From: Ginglymostoma cirratum
Taxonomy: Eukaryota
Reading direction: 5' to 3'
Assembly (NCBI GenBank): GCA_024137785.1
Contig: JAHRHZ010000002.1
Coordinates: 4,667,828 to 4,731,827, forward strand
DNA: 64,000 nt
Shown here: piece by piece, positions 23,131 to 36,700 of the stretch
Numbering within the stretch: the first letter of the stretch is position 1
How the letters are laid out: each line of letters starts with the position of its first letter
The notes under the pieces: model-generated
Told to the model about the DNA's origin: nothing
Seen by the model: the letters and a program-made list of their open reading frames with translations, nothing else
The model's database searches: none
Program-made: the position numbers and the translations under genes

Positions 23131-25246
23131 ATAGAATTTTTTAAAAAGCAATAAATTGTGGGGTGTGGGGCAAGTGAAGCTGATTTCCAAGGGGGTCAGA
23201 ATGGGTCTAGAGAAAATAAACTGAAAACATGTTCAGATAATCAAAGAGATTACACAGCAGTGGGAAATATTTGAAAAGTGGTGATTAGTAAAGGGGAAAT
23301 AATGTCCACCAGAAAGCAAAACAAATGAGCCAGTGGGGAAAGAAGATATTGTGGATGCTGGACACTTGCCAGAAACACAGATTTAAAGATTTGACATTTC
23401 AAGTCCCATAGCTTTTCTATAGGCATTCAAAATAAGTCATTGGATTCAAAATGTTCCATTCGTTTCTCTCTCTTCAGTTGCCAGACTTGCTAAGATTCTC
23501 CAGCACTTTCTGTATTTATTTTAGTCAGTAATGGACTCTCTGATAGAATATAGGGATATGAGTATAACTAAAACTTCACAAAAGGCATACACTATGTTAG
23601 AAAATTAATAAAACTAGCAAAGGGAAACTATGAAATAAAATCATTAGAATTTAAAAAAACACTGAAGTATTCTTCAGATATATGAATGACAAAAGTAAAA
23701 AAAAGGTGAGGGTGATAAACAAAAAGAGGGCAGAACCAGATGGATAGTATCTGAGATGGATTGTACCTGTGCATATTGAAAGTATTTTGTGGAGCCTGAA
23801 CAAGTTTATGTCATTATACATCAATTGGGTTTATTTTAATGATAGGTTTCCATTATCTGTCTGTACTCAAAATATTGAGAAACTGAAAATATTACTGAGA
23901 AAAATTGACATAGATTCCAACTTACCCAGTTTTACCCAAGGGGTAACAGAAAGAGTAAATAGGGTCATAAGTTGGCTTTTTCTTTCCCAATGGCCGTGAG
24001 CACATTTTTTCTTGTTATTTATTCTTTTGTGGGATGTGGGCAAACCTGGCGAGTCCAGCACTTCAGCCCATCTCTAACTGCCTTTCAACCTGAGTGGCTC
24101 ATTACAGCATGTCATAGGGCAGTTACGCGTGAATTGAAGCAGTCATGTGTGGGCCAAACCAAGTAAGGACAGCAGAGGTCCTCCCAAAAGAGCATTAATA
24201 AAACCAGATTGGTTTTTACAACAATTAGTATATTTTATTGGTCACATCATTCACTCAAATTAGCTTTTAATTCCAATTTTCCTTTTAATTTTATATTCCA
24301 CCAGCTGCTATGATGACACTTGAACATTTGCTCCCTGGGTCTCTAGACTACTGACTATAACATTACTGTGACACCACTCACTCCCTATAACAGTGGAAGG
24401 CCAGTAGAACCAGTGAACTTGTATCCTAGATATAAGCCTTGAAATAATTAATAAAACAATTTTAATGTTTTAGTTTTCATTCTTGTGTGCTAAAGAATTA
24501 TTTTTAAAAAATAAATTGAATGTATACATTTCCCTGCAAAAAAAGGTTAAATGAATAGCTTATATAACAAGGTGTAGAGCTGGACGAACACAGCAGGCCA
24601 AGCAGCATCAGAGGAGCAGGAAAGCTGAAGTTTCGGGTCTCGACCTTTCTTCAGATATATGGTTCATTTGGGCCCTAAACCCTTTTCATTTGGGCCCTAA
24701 ACCCTTTTCATTTCCAACATAACCAGCGTATGGGTAAAGTTGAACAGTTTATTGAAATTTTGTGTGAACATTCTGTGGGGCAAAAGAAATCTAGAATTTT
24801 TCTGTCAGAATTCTGGCTGTGTGTGAAGACTAACAATTAGGGCATCACACTACGCACACTGTGTGATGTTTCCTTCTGCTAGCATGCATTTTATGTAATA
24901 AAAACCAAAAGAACTCCGATGCTGTAAATCCGGAACAAAAACAAAGTTGCTGGAAAAGCTCAGCAGGTCTGGGAGCATCTGTGAAGGAAAAAACTTTGTG
25001 TGTTTTATGTAAGCTGGATTTGGCATAGCAATATCAATGCTTCATATGGATCAACTCTGGATGGCACATGGAGACTAGATATTGAGTATCTCTTGGTATT
25101 GTCAGATTTTGTGACGTTGTGCATAACCATATGCCTCAATAGGCCTAGTGAGAACATAATATAAAATTTTCACAAAATTGTTTAAAAACACAATGTTTAT
25201 CTTGTGTATGAACTTCATTAATTAAATATTGAATGTTAATATGATG

Positions 25247-25460
25247 GATCCATCCCCGCCTCTTCGATTTGTCTGCCTCCTCTCCACCTATCCTCTCCTC
25301 TATCCATCCTCTATCCGCCTCCCCCTCTCTCCCTATTTATTTCAGAACCCTCTTCCCCTCCCCCATTTCTGATGAAGGGTTTAGGCCCGAAACGTCAAGT
25401 TTTCCTGCTCCTGTGATGCTGCTTGGCCTGCTGTGTTCATCCAGCCCCATGCTTGTTGTC
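25247..25460 (+). mobile_element. Penelope-derived repeat with hammerhead core at 25369-25396
   Basis: CTGATGA-A-GGGT-TTAG-GCCC-GAAA-CGTC. Confidence 0.75.
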
Positions 25461-26719
25461 TTTACTATGTTGCTGTTCTATTTTAATAACATATTAGGTA
25501 TTGCCAATTTTCAACAATTAAAATAGTTCACTTTAGAAAATAATTTGGGAAACACGGGTCTAATGCACCTCTGCATTCTAATTTCCTTTCTTGTGTTGTG
25601 TTTTCAGTTTCTCCTTCTGACTCAGTCTTTTTGGGACTGGCTTTCTCTCTCTCTCTCTCCCCCTCATGTGCCTCACAAGGGGCTCTTTCTCTGTGCCTCT
25701 TGTTTAACTTGCCCTCTTCCTCTGTGTGTGGCAAGTCACTCCTTCATTGTGTTTTACTCTTTGCCTGACTGACTGGATGGAATGTATTTGGGAGAATTAT
25801 GAGAGATGTTGAGCAAGGCCTTTCTTGATATTCAGATCAACACATTGCATTTTCCAACTAATTCCAGACAGTGAGAAGCTAATTAACGAGGATGATTGCT
25901 CATTATTATGCACATGAATATCTAATCTCACTTTATTAAAATGCATTCTACTAGAATCGCATTGAAACTAGATGCCAAGAATTTCTGAGCTGAAAAGTAA
26001 GAGCAGGTACATAGCAACTCCAAATCACTCTTTCCTCCTTTGGATCTCCACCTTGGACACCGGGCACCAACACCACAGGGCACACTCCATGAGCAGCAGC
26101 CACATACATCCCACATGCCTTTACAGTGGAATCTGACACATCAGCCTCTCCACACCAAATGGTCATGTCTCAAAACAAAAGGCGATTAGTCTTCAGTCAA
26201 ATCAAGGGCGACTCCCTTCAGTCAGAGGGCCCTGGCACAGTAAGTCAAAGGTACTGTCTGATATCAGTCCTGGGGCTTGGGTACAGTCAGTCAGCCCTTC
26301 AGGATTAGGATCCTCTCCTTACAGGGATGAGGAGCTGGGTATTAAACACCCCATCACCCATCTTGGCTCTTTTTGTGCTATGCAAAAGGGGAGGGCATTG
26401 AGTGAGATGAAAGTGGGTTGTGGCTGTTCGTGCTCAGTGCAGGTTAGGGAAAGGTGGTGAGGTGTTCCGAGTTAGTTGGCAGTGCAGAGGCCGTACAGGG
26501 TCAGTGGTGTGGGGGTCATTGGGTGACAGTGGGTGAAGAGAAGTGTTATAAAAGTAAAATACAGAACTCTCAACATTAATTCTGTTTCTCTCTTCAGAGA
26601 TGCTACCAGACTAGCTGAAGAAAGTTATTGGTCTCAATAGTGAGTGTCCTGCATGAACCTTGGTGGGAGGTGGGTGCAGTAGCAGAGACAGGGTGAGTGT
26701 AAGGTGAATGAAGAGTGAA

Positions 26720-26935
26720 GTGGTGAAGGTCACTGACTTCTTACAATACTGGACATTCCCTGAGATGACTGAGACCACATGGACCCAGATGTCAACCTCA
26801 GACCAGGCTGGTAGGGTCTGGCCTCCTCTGCCAGGCCTGGGGGAAAGAGGACAGCTTTCCTTTGAATCAACCTATCCACGAGGAGCTTCGAATCCTTCAT
26901 CTACAAAGTGGGGCACCAATTTCTCCTCCATGTCC
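26720..26935 (-). mobile_element. PIF/Harbinger Myb/SANT-like gene relic
   Basis: Frameshifted MEEKLVPHF..KLLVDRLIQRKAVLFP..LPAWSEV..VHVVSVISGNVQYCKK, matching the Myb/SANT-like DNA-binding fold of Harbinger ORF1. The element probably extends to about 25800-27250. Confidence 0.6.
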
Positions 26936-27734
26936 AGAGCAAGTGTCAGGAACTGTGTAGGACAACTCTGGACGGATCGTGCTTGTCCAGGTGCACAAGG
27001 GCTTTTTAAAATGAGACAGCAATCCTGGGGATCTCACAGAATGTCAGCAATAGCAATTGGGAGAATCAGTCTAGAAACAGACACGAAAAGTGCTGCAGGA
27101 AGTTACCCAGAAGAAAAAAACACAGTGAAACATGCAAATGACACACACTGGTTAGACTGCTTTGTATACTGCAGAACAGTGCTTCTGTCTAACCAGTACG
27201 TTCGTTTCCAAGTATAGCATTACTGTTTAGCCCCTCTGGATAACGAGGCAAGTTTGGGGTGAAAGCACAAGGATAGTCATTGGACTTTGCAAAGAGAAAG
27301 CCTCAATGAAACTTGGCAAAAACAACACTTTTCCGAAATACGGCACTCAGTTTCATTATATCTCCTTCTTTCAGTGTCTGGTGTCTCTGACCCAGATTCT
27401 CTGCCTCTCTGCTTCGGTATCTGGCCTCCCTGTCTCTGTTTGTCTCTCACTCTGCATCTGTCTCTCCTCCCTCCCTCTTACTGTATTTTTTGTTTTCACC
27501 CTGTCACGAAAGAGAATGTACAAGCTTGAAAACCACCGTTTTGATACATTTAAAACAGTAACACACCTGTCATGGAGCTAAAGGGCGTGGTCTCGCTAGT
27601 AATAAGCTGCAATAAAAAGACCTCACCATTTGTCCTGACAGTTGGCCTTTCCATAGCTTAAAAAAAGTTCCCACTGCAACAAAACAAAAATGACAATATT
27701 TGCCTCTGTCTAGTCAACGGTGGCTTCAGCACTT

Positions 27735-27934
27735 ACTACGAAGTCCTGACCATCACACTTGAATTTCCAAGAATCCTTCAAGTAAGGTACTGCTTAGGAG
27801 ATTCGTGACTACGTGTGTAAACAAGTAGCTTTGACCACAGACTGACTATAAAACAGGGCGGAAGGGTCGTTAATTAGATTGGCAAATGATGGGTATGTGA
27901 TCGACGGTGTGCGACTGTTCATCCTTATTTGCAT
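27735..27934 (-). promoter_or_regulatory. Putative promoter (octamer, CCAAT, GC box, TA-rich box) with first-exon donor
   Basis: On the minus strand, in order: ATGCAAAT 27934-27927, CCAAT about 27880, CCGCCC about 27858, TTTTATAG about 27850, then donor A|GTAAGT at 27736-27735. Confidence 0.4.
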
Positions 27935-28449
27935 TCCCCATTTCTGAGTCCAAATCAAAATGTTGAGACTGGAGTCAAATTGGAATGGTGTAATTAATCC
28001 AGAGAAGGACTAAAATACAGGGAATCATGAGAAAACATGCAGAAATGGTATGTAGTTGCAAATGAACTTTTAATACAGAGAAATATGAGGTAATGTTGGC
28101 CCGGATTTCACTGTCAGAGTTCGCAGCATGTGGCGTAAACTGACCTGAAATTGTTGGCAGATTGCAGTGTGGACTTTGTTCTAGTCGATGAGGAGAAACA
28201 GCGCGTCTCCACCCTCCCCGCCCCCGCTTAGCGCGAAGCTGGTGGAAACAGCATCCTCCCAGTCACCTCACAAAGAACAGTCCCTGTGTAGTTTGTTAGT
28301 CATCAACTCAATGACAGGTGAACATTTTTAAATGTTTCTAAATATTTTAACAGATCCATGTCACTTGTTAAAATTATTATTTAAACAGCCTTGAAGTGCT
28401 TAAAACAGGTTTAAACGTCGGCGGACGCAGTCCACCTGCTGTCAGTGAC

Positions 28450-30500
28450 CGCTCCCCCTCCACCTTTCCCCAAGCCCCTCTTCCTCTCCCCATGCCCCTC
28501 TCCCCCACCACACCCGCCTCTCTCCGTCCCTCTCTGCCCCTCCAAATCCACCTCTCCCCACCCTCCTCCCCATACCCCCTTCCCCTACCCATCCACTTCT
28601 TCCCCTCTCCATCTGCCTCTCCCCTCCCCCGTCCCCCCTCCCTATCCACGTCCGCCTCTCCCCCTCCAAATCCACCTCTCCCTGTCCCAATCTCCCCATC
28701 CACACCCGCATCTGTATCTCCCCCTCCCACATCCGCCTCTCCTCCTCCATCCACCTCTTCCCCCTCCTCCGTTCACATCTCCCCATATCCCTCCCCATTC
28801 ACCTCTCACTCTCGCCATCCGCCTCTCCCTGTCCCCCTCTCTCCCTCCACATCCACCTCTGCCCATTCCCCCTCCCCATCCAAAACTGCCTCTCCCCATT
28901 CCCCTCACGCCCCTCCACATCCACCTCTCCCCACCCCCAACCTCCACCTCCATCTCCCCTTCCCCCCACATCCCCCTCCCCCACCTCTACGTCTCCCCAT
29001 CCACCTCCCTCCATCCCCATCCACCTCCTCCATACCCCTCTCCTCCCAATCTACCTCTGCCCCTCCTACCTCTCTCTATACCTCTCTCCCTGCCCTGACC
29101 CCACCCCATCTGCCTCTCCCCATTCCCCTCGCTCCCTCCACATCTACCTCTCCCCCTCCCCTTCTCCCCTCCCGTTCCACATCCGCTTCTCCCCCTCCCC
29201 TTCCCCCCATCACATCCACCTCTCATCATTAGCCCTCCCCTTCCAAAACTGCCTCTCCCCATTCCCCTCCACATCCACCTCCATCTCCCGCACCTCTACC
29301 CCTCCCCATCCACCTCTACCCTTCCCATCCACCTCTACCCTTCCCTATCCACCTCCCCCATACCCCTCTCCCTCTTCCCATCCACCTCTCCCCCTCCTAC
29401 CTCACTCCATACCTACCTCCCTGCCCTGACCCCACCCCATCCACCTCTCCCCTTCCTACCTCTCTCCATACCTATCTCCCTTCCCTGACCCCACACCATC
29501 CACCTCTCCCCATATCCCTCTCCCCTTTCTGGCCTCTCCTACCCATCCCCTTCTCCTCCCCTGCTCTGACCTGTCCTCCCCATCCCCCTCTCCCCCGCGA
29601 CCTCTCCTCCCCATCCCCCTCTCCCCCGACACCCTGATCTCTCCTCCCCACCCCAACCTCTTTCCACTCCCACCCCAACCTCTCCTCTCCTCTGCCCTCT
29701 CCCCATCCCACTCTCACCCTGACCTCTCCTTCTCATCCCCCAACCCCTCCTCCTCACCCCCCCCGACCTCTCCCCCTCTCTCTCCTACCCATCCCCCTCT
29801 CTGTCCCACCCATCACCCTCTCTATCTCCCCCCATCTTCCTCTCTCTCTCTCTCCCCCACCGCCATCCCCCCACTCTTTCTCCTCCTCCCCATTCACCCC
29901 AGGCATCCTCCTCTCTCTCCCCCTCGCCATTCCCCTCCCTCACCCTGCCATTCCCCCTCTCTCCTCCCCCAGTCCCCGTCTCTCACCCCCCCAACCCCGA
30001 ATCACCCCTCTCCCCCCAATTCCCTCCCCCATGCCCCCTCCCCACTCCCCTGTCCAAACCTTCCTCTCCATCCCCCTCTCCCACCCGCCCGACCTCTCCT
30101 CCCCCATTCCCCCTCTCTCTCTCCCCCCAATCCCCTCTCTCCCCCCCAATCCCCCTCTCTCTCTCCCCAATTCCTCTCTCTCTCCCCCTCATGCTCCTCT
30201 TGCTCCCTCCCTCCCATCCCCTCTCCCCATTTCACCCCTCCCCCTTGCCTAAACCTTCCTCCCAATCCCCCTCTCCCACCCGCCCGACCTCTCCTCCTAA
30301 TCCCCCTCTCCCACCTGCCCGACCTCTCTTCCCTCATTCCCCCCTCTCTCCCCCACCCGTCTCACTCCCTATCCCCCTCTCTCCACCACCCCATCCCCAC
30401 TTTCCCCTTTCACACTGTCCTCCAAGCAATATTCCTCCCCTCAGACTCCTCTTCTCCTCCCTCCCATGCCACGTCCCTCTGATATCCTGTCCTAACCACC
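28450..30500. repeat. 2-kb C/T-rich low-complexity tract (G-rich on the minus strand)
   Basis: Repeated ccccatccacctctcccc and cccctctct motifs; almost no G on the plus strand. Confidence 0.92.
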
Positions 30501-32042
30501 CTAACTCCCTGCCCCCATGTCCGGTGTCTCCCTTGCTTTCTACCCAGCTCCGTCGTGGAACTGTGTGTGTGATTGGAGTTGAGTTTGGAGCTATTACTGG
30601 GATCAAGTGGTGTAATTTGGTTAGTTTTAAATTGACATGACCTGCAATTGTACAAAATTTGTCCAGATTACCATTCAGGAATTTCAGTAGAACGGAGGAA
30701 TCTGATCTGACCTATTCTTCTGCAAGTTGTATTGTGCTGAACCTAAAATAATAGGAACATCACATTCTTAAAAAGATGAGCCTGCTGGGGAAACGCTGAG
30801 GAGTAATTAAAGACTATAACTGCGTATTATGCTCTGGAATGTATAGGACTGCTTGCTTCTGGTGAATGTTAGCAACGTCTTGAAACTTCTTCCACCACAC
30901 CCTGTGCCAACTGAAAGTGAAAGATTGCTGATGTGAGTGAGTCATGTTGATGTGAGCAGGGGGAACACTGTGGGGATTTACAGTCTAACAGTCCCTGTTC
31001 ACTAGAATTAATCCCCTTCATTCACTTGCCTTCTCTTTCCCCATTTTTCTATTGTTTTCTTTCTTGATCTTCCCTTTTAAGTGTTTTATTCCTTCTACCA
31101 ATCGCATTCCTTTTGAAATTTTTTCCAGCTACGTTTCATATTTTACTCTTTTTACTTGCTTTGTTGTTTGAATTTCTTTGTCTGTTGTTGCTTCAGTGCA
31201 CAGACTGTGTTGCTTCATTCTCCCAATAAAATCCCCCTTAATGTTTTTCTAATCCCTTAAATGAAAACAAATTGTTAGGTATCTGTCTGTTGTGATTAAA
31301 CATGTATACTATATTATCAGTCCAGATTTTCTGCTGACCAGACAGTCAGTGTAGTTGGGAGTTGTGCATGGAGGACCCCATGGAAACCTCACTGTAGCAG
31401 ACTCCAAAGGAATTGCCTGGGAAATTAAGATTCCACTGGGCATTTCCTCTTTGCCTGGAACCTTTCAAAGTCTCCATTTAAACCAGAGAATTTGGAGGGT
31501 TCCAATGAAATTAAGTAATTACAAAGGAAAGGTTAGACTGTTATACGTATATTGTTTAATTCCTGGGTAACTCTTAAACTTATCCCATACTTAACATTGA
31601 TACTCTGAAATACACCATCCAGACTACTTAGACCCTGTTGTCTCTGTCACTGGACACCCTTTCCTGACATACGTCCTATTCCCTTTTGTTCCCCCACTAC
31701 TAAACTCCCAACATCCCTGGAATGGACCCACCCCTGCGACCAGATATGACTTGAGTCTTGGCGCTGCGCCCACCCCAACTGTGAAGCAAAAACCCTCAGA
31801 CCTGAAATGCACCCTCCCTGGTTTCTCACATCTACCTTGCCCTACCATAAATATTGCAGCACTTATTCTGTCTAACTTGCTACCTTTGCCCTTGCACCCT
31901 ACTATCCCCAACTGGCACATTATCCCCACTCATCAGTCATCCTATCCCTGGCACCACTACCCTCCCAGCACCTAAGATTACACTTACCTTAATTACTTAG
32001 ATGCTTATCAACACCTTTATATTCCTGAATGTGGCAGCTGCC

Positions 32043-33232
32043 TGTTGTGAAAGTGGGATACCTCTTGCTTTCCTTGATAGCTCTATGCTACAACAGAAGA
32101 ATGGTTCAGCATTTCTGAAGAAGCCCTGATTGAAACCACCTCAGAAATGTGGAACAGCCTTCTTTTGGAATAAAACAGAGTAGCAACCTGCTCCTCAGAA
32201 AATCCAATTTGTCATTTGAGATTTGGATTTTAATCTAGAGGCAGATATATTTTGGTTAGTACTATAAAGGTGTTTTTCTTTTTTGAAGAGGGGCCAAGCC
32301 ATTTGGAACACTGACCTAAATCAACATTTCCAAGAAAGTATGTGACCTCAACTGAGTACCTGGCAGGACACCTAGAGTGGTAATGGATATAATGTTTACT
32401 GTTGGGTTTGACAATAGGCCAGACACTATTGGTGACAACAAGGTGCAGAGCTGGATGTACACAGCAGGCCAAGCTGCATCATAGGAGCATTCCCCTCCCC
32501 CATTTCTGATGAAGGGTCTAGGCCCGAAACATCAGCCTTCCTGCTCCTATGATGCTACTTGGCCTGCTGTGTTCATCCAGCTCTGCACCTTGTTGTCTCG
32601 GATTCTCCAACATCTGCAGTTCCTACTATCTAAGACACTATTGGTTTAGCTTTTGGCTTCGGTATAGACAAATCAGGAGTTCAATTCAGGGAATCCTGCA
32701 ATCTAACAGAAGTGGTTTTGAGTCTATGGAGTCTTCAAATTCTGTCGTGGCGGGGTCCCCAGAACATTACCTGTGGTGTCTGGATTAGCAGTCCAGCGTG
32801 TGTAGCAGTGTTCCAGCTATTCAAACTGACATTTAGGCCATCAGAATTGTGAAGATTAATGCCAACAGACTCATAAAAGAATCATAAAACTGTCTCTCAG
32901 TCCAAGAAAAAGACACTGGGAAGAGTTGGTTAAGTGAAAAAAATTAAACAGTTGTGATAGAGACGATCTTTTTTGTCTCTGGATTTGAACTTCAGTGAAA
33001 TTACATTGTTTGGAAAACAGGTCGAAACTTTGTTTTGCTGTTTGTGTTAAAATCTTGTATAATTGTCCTTGTTTCTCTTTTGTGTAATAAGCTTCATTTG
33101 TATTGTTAAAGAACGTCTGCAGCCTTATTTAATTGTGTTTCAGTGATGAAGCACAATGGTAACTAACATCAAAACTTAAGAATATGGTGTATTAAGCTAT
33201 TAAGCTAATTACAACCAACTGGGCTCATAACA
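32043..33232 (+). mobile_element. Probable solo LTR with nested Penelope and SINE insertions
   Basis: TGTTGTGA...TCATAACA inverted termini. No TSD was found for the LTR. The nested insert has a 13-bp TSD agacactattggt at 32421-32433 and 32633-32645. Confidence 0.45.
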
Positions 33233-33239
33233 CGGTGTA

Positions 33240-33705
33240 TACTGTTTTCTTTTGTAAGAGGGGCCGTTTTACACTAATATTTGTGTAACAGAAGATTGCA
33301 TATATTGACAGTGTTGTAACAGGTGATCTCTTACAATGACAGTACTGTAACAGAGGCTCCCTTATACTTACAGTGCAATAATGAGCATTTTTCTCACTGG
33401 CTTTGCTGCAAGGGTCCGGGGCGGGGGTTTATCTAAAACTGACAGTGCCATACTAGTGAATCCCTGTAGCAAGGGTATGTTATAATAAAGGTTCTGGAAA
33501 AGAGGATTCCCTATAGTGACAGCACTCCACAGTGGGTGCTTTTTATACCTGTGTCCTAATTGTCCTGTAAAAGGGGGTCACTTACAAGTGCTGCAGCAGG
33601 CAGGACCTTGCTCTGACAGCACTAAAACAGTTGTAGCAACTGTAAACCCTTTACATTGACAGAACTTCCTTCAGGGGGTGCCCTTATGGTGACTGCACTC
33701 CATCT
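33240..33705. repeat. Degenerate ~30-35-bp minisatellite (..tgacagtgctgtaacag..)
   Basis: tgacag...tgtaacag recurs many times. Confidence 0.6.
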
Positions 33706-34299
33706 GGTTGTTCTTTATGATGACTGTGGCTGTTTTATTTAATCATTTTTGGAATGAGGATGTTGCTGGCTACAGCAGCATTTATTGCCCATCTATGGGG
33801 CAGTTGAGAGTCAGCCACATTGCTGTGGGTCTGGAGTTACATATAGGTGAGGATGGTGGATTTCCTTCCCTAAAGAGCATTAGTAAACCAGGTGGGGAGG
33901 GTTGCCTGACGATTGACAACAGATTCCGGGTTTTTTAAAAACTGAATTCAAATTCTGTCGTGGTGGGGTCCCCAGAACATTACCTGTGGTCTCTGGATTA
34001 GCAGTCCAGCGATCACATCCCGAGGCTGTGAGCTCCCTGGTTTGTCAGGGCGTTGTTCACCAGAGATATTTCTGAGGTGAAGGGTTCAGTTATATGGATG
34101 GTGCTGGAACAGCAACTCCCAGACAGTCGGGCTCCCTTCACCTTCATGGTTGTAACAGGGGCTACCTCAGTGGGACAGACAGCGTTGGCAAAGGGGAACA
34201 CCCCCCCCCCCACCACCCCGCCGAAGTTTCTGCCGGGGTTTCTTTTTTTTTTGAAAGAAAAAGTTTTTTTTTGTGGGGCTTGAGCAACACCATCTTCTG

Positions 34300-34620
34300 C
34301 CTCAGAGCTGCGCGTACAAACACCGCGCCAAAGACTCACCACAAAAACCGGGGGAGGAGAGAGAGAGAGAGAGAGAGAAAAATAAACACCTGCGGCAAAG
34401 TGCAGTTCCTGTCGGTCAGGCAACGAGAACAACCGAGAGACCGCATTCCCCTCCCCAAAAACAGGCGGTGAAATCGGTCACTAACAGTTGAACGTCCCGC
34501 TCGGTTTACAGGTGCGCACCTCCAAATCCAGCACCGCCCCTCCCCCCACCCCCCCAACCGCCCGCGCTCGAGCTCCAAACCGCCGCGGCGCGCGGCTCAG
34601 ACCTACGACTCCTTCTGGAC
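34300..34620 (-). promoter_or_regulatory. CpG-island-like putative promoter/first exon
   Basis: Dense CpG (cgccgcggcgcgcgg), GC boxes, E-box CAGGTG, (GA)n at 34358-34378, and consensus donor G|GTGAGT at 34339-34338. Confidence 0.45.
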
Positions 34621-35924
34621 CTGATATAGTGCTCAACACCTTCAAGTTGTGAACCAACTCCCATTTCTTCCCTTCCTTTTAGCTTTACTTTTTTTACATT
34701 CTTTGTCACCATGTCCTCTCCCCCTTTCTCCCACCTCAGTAGGACTGTCCAGTCTGGCAGTTAGACACACAACTGTTCCGCCATTCTCACACTCCGATCA
34801 CTTAACATGAACAAACAAATATCGTTTCTCCCCCAGCACTCTACATCTCACCACCCCACCAACTATAGCGTAAAAGCTGCTTCCTTCGTGCTGCACTTCA
34901 GTTTTGAAGAGTCGTCTAGACACAATGCTAGCTTGCTCTCTCTCCGTAGATGCTGTCTGACCCACTGTGATCTCCAGGCATTTGTTGCTTTCAGTACAGA
35001 TTCCAGCATCTGCAGTCATTTGCTCTTACCTGGCTCTAGATGTGTTCCCTGTGGATCACCTTGTTGCCCAGCAGCTCCCACATGCTACAGTTGCAACACA
35101 TCATCCAACCTACCATCTGAATCATTTTATTTAAGCTTTAAATTTTAGACACTCTTACCTAGCAAATGCATACTCTTAGTCCAAGGCTGAATTGAATTTG
35201 CCAGCTGATTTAGCTGATGCACCTAATAGAAAAGGCCTAGCTGAGTCAGTTGTTAAGAACATTTTCTCAAATGGTTGGAAAAAGGCAGTGGTATCCCACA
35301 TTGTTCATTTTTAGAACTTCATGCAGATCAATGTACATTGATGATTTAGATTTCAGCTATGGAATCAGGGAATGACACATTGACAGATGTTATCAAATGA
35401 AAGTGGAAAACAATTCATGGTTACAGAAAGGTGCATTTAAAATACAGCACAATCAGAGAATCAGCGCTTAGAATGGCAGAATGGAAGCCTTGAGAGAGTT
35501 TACTTGGTAGTTCTTTGATACAAACCTTCTTACATAGAATGGGTGTCACATGTTTGTTGGGTTCCCAATTCCAAGCTCATTCCTTGACCTCCATGCATCT
35601 ATTTTTTCTACCCATAAGAGTTATCACACGCAACTGACCAACCTTCCCATCATCAAAATCACTGACTTTTTTGTGTTTTTTTTAAACTACTGTCCACCAT
35701 CTGTGAATATACCCCTGTAGATAATTCAATATTTACATGAAAAGAAACAGAAGTTGTTGGAAAAGCTCAGTAAGTCTTGCAGCAGCTGTGAAGAAAAAAA
35801 ACATAGTTAACATTTTAGATCCAGTGAGAGAGGGAAGAGGCTCAATCAAAATGGAGTTCGTGGGCGGAAATAAAGCACTCTTATCCCTGCATACCACCTT
35901 TCATAATTCCTTCCCAGCCTCCTT

Positions 35925-36330
35925 TCCTTAAATGAGGATAGATGGCAGCATGATAGTTCTGGCAGTAGTCTAGTAATGCAGAGATTCAGGTGATTTCCCT
36001 GGGGACATATGTTCAAACAGCAGCTGGGGAAATTTGAATTTGATCAATAACTCTAGTCTGAATGGCCATGAAATTATCATTGATTGTGATATCTGTTTCA
36101 AAAATAACACTTTTTAGAAAAGAAGATTTGTTATCCTTACTAGATTAGCCTACATGCAATTTCAGACCCACAGTAATATGGTTGACTTTTAACTGTCCTG
36201 AAATGCCCAAGCAATCCACTTCAAGGGCATTAAAGGTTGGTGACAATTGCTGACCCTGCCTGGTTCATGTCAATATTTTAGAAGTAATACATAGTTCTGA
36301 GAACTTTACAGTGAAGGCAAGGTAATTAAA
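35925..36330 (+). repeat. About 400-bp local duplication (copy 1; copy 2 at 39400-39810) containing a SacSINE1-like element
   Basis: Near-identical text from ttccttaaa..gatggcagcatgatagttctgg to gttctgagaacttta, including the non-SINE flank. Confidence 0.88.
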
Positions 36331-36700
36331 ATTGATAGCATTGATGGATACCGCTTGCTTCCTCTCCAAGGACATGCTGGCATGAATGTAACTGTGGAAG
36401 AGGGGCGGATAGTCGGCAGAGATGACCCCTCCACAGTCTGCTGCTTGGACCTGTTTATGGCTAGCCTAGCCAGGTCCAGGAGCAGACCAAGAGGAGGTCC
36501 TCTGGTCTGCCCACACCCCTCTGCACCAGTTGCCCAAAGACCAGGAGTCTGGGGATGAAGTTTAAAACCAAAAGCACAACAGAAGGTTTTTAAACTAAAA
36601 AGGAAGTGCAATCACCTACAACCAATATATACATGACGCATGAACTCCAGAGTGCTACAAATTAAACCTCTATGCCCCTATTTTGAAACTATTGAGAGTT
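36330..36700 (-). mobile_element. Tx1-like LINE fragment
   Basis: LGLLLDLARLAINRSKQ, homologous to 3250-3310. Confidence 0.65.

Noticed and set aside
28396-30655. Long Pro/Ser-rich and Gly/Arg-rich ORFs
   Set aside because: Artefact of low-complexity sequence lacking stop codons; no splice or domain support.
17165-33705. Periodic repeats as CRISPR-like arrays
   Set aside because: Vertebrate DNA; degenerate tandem units with no constant repeat plus unique spacer pattern.
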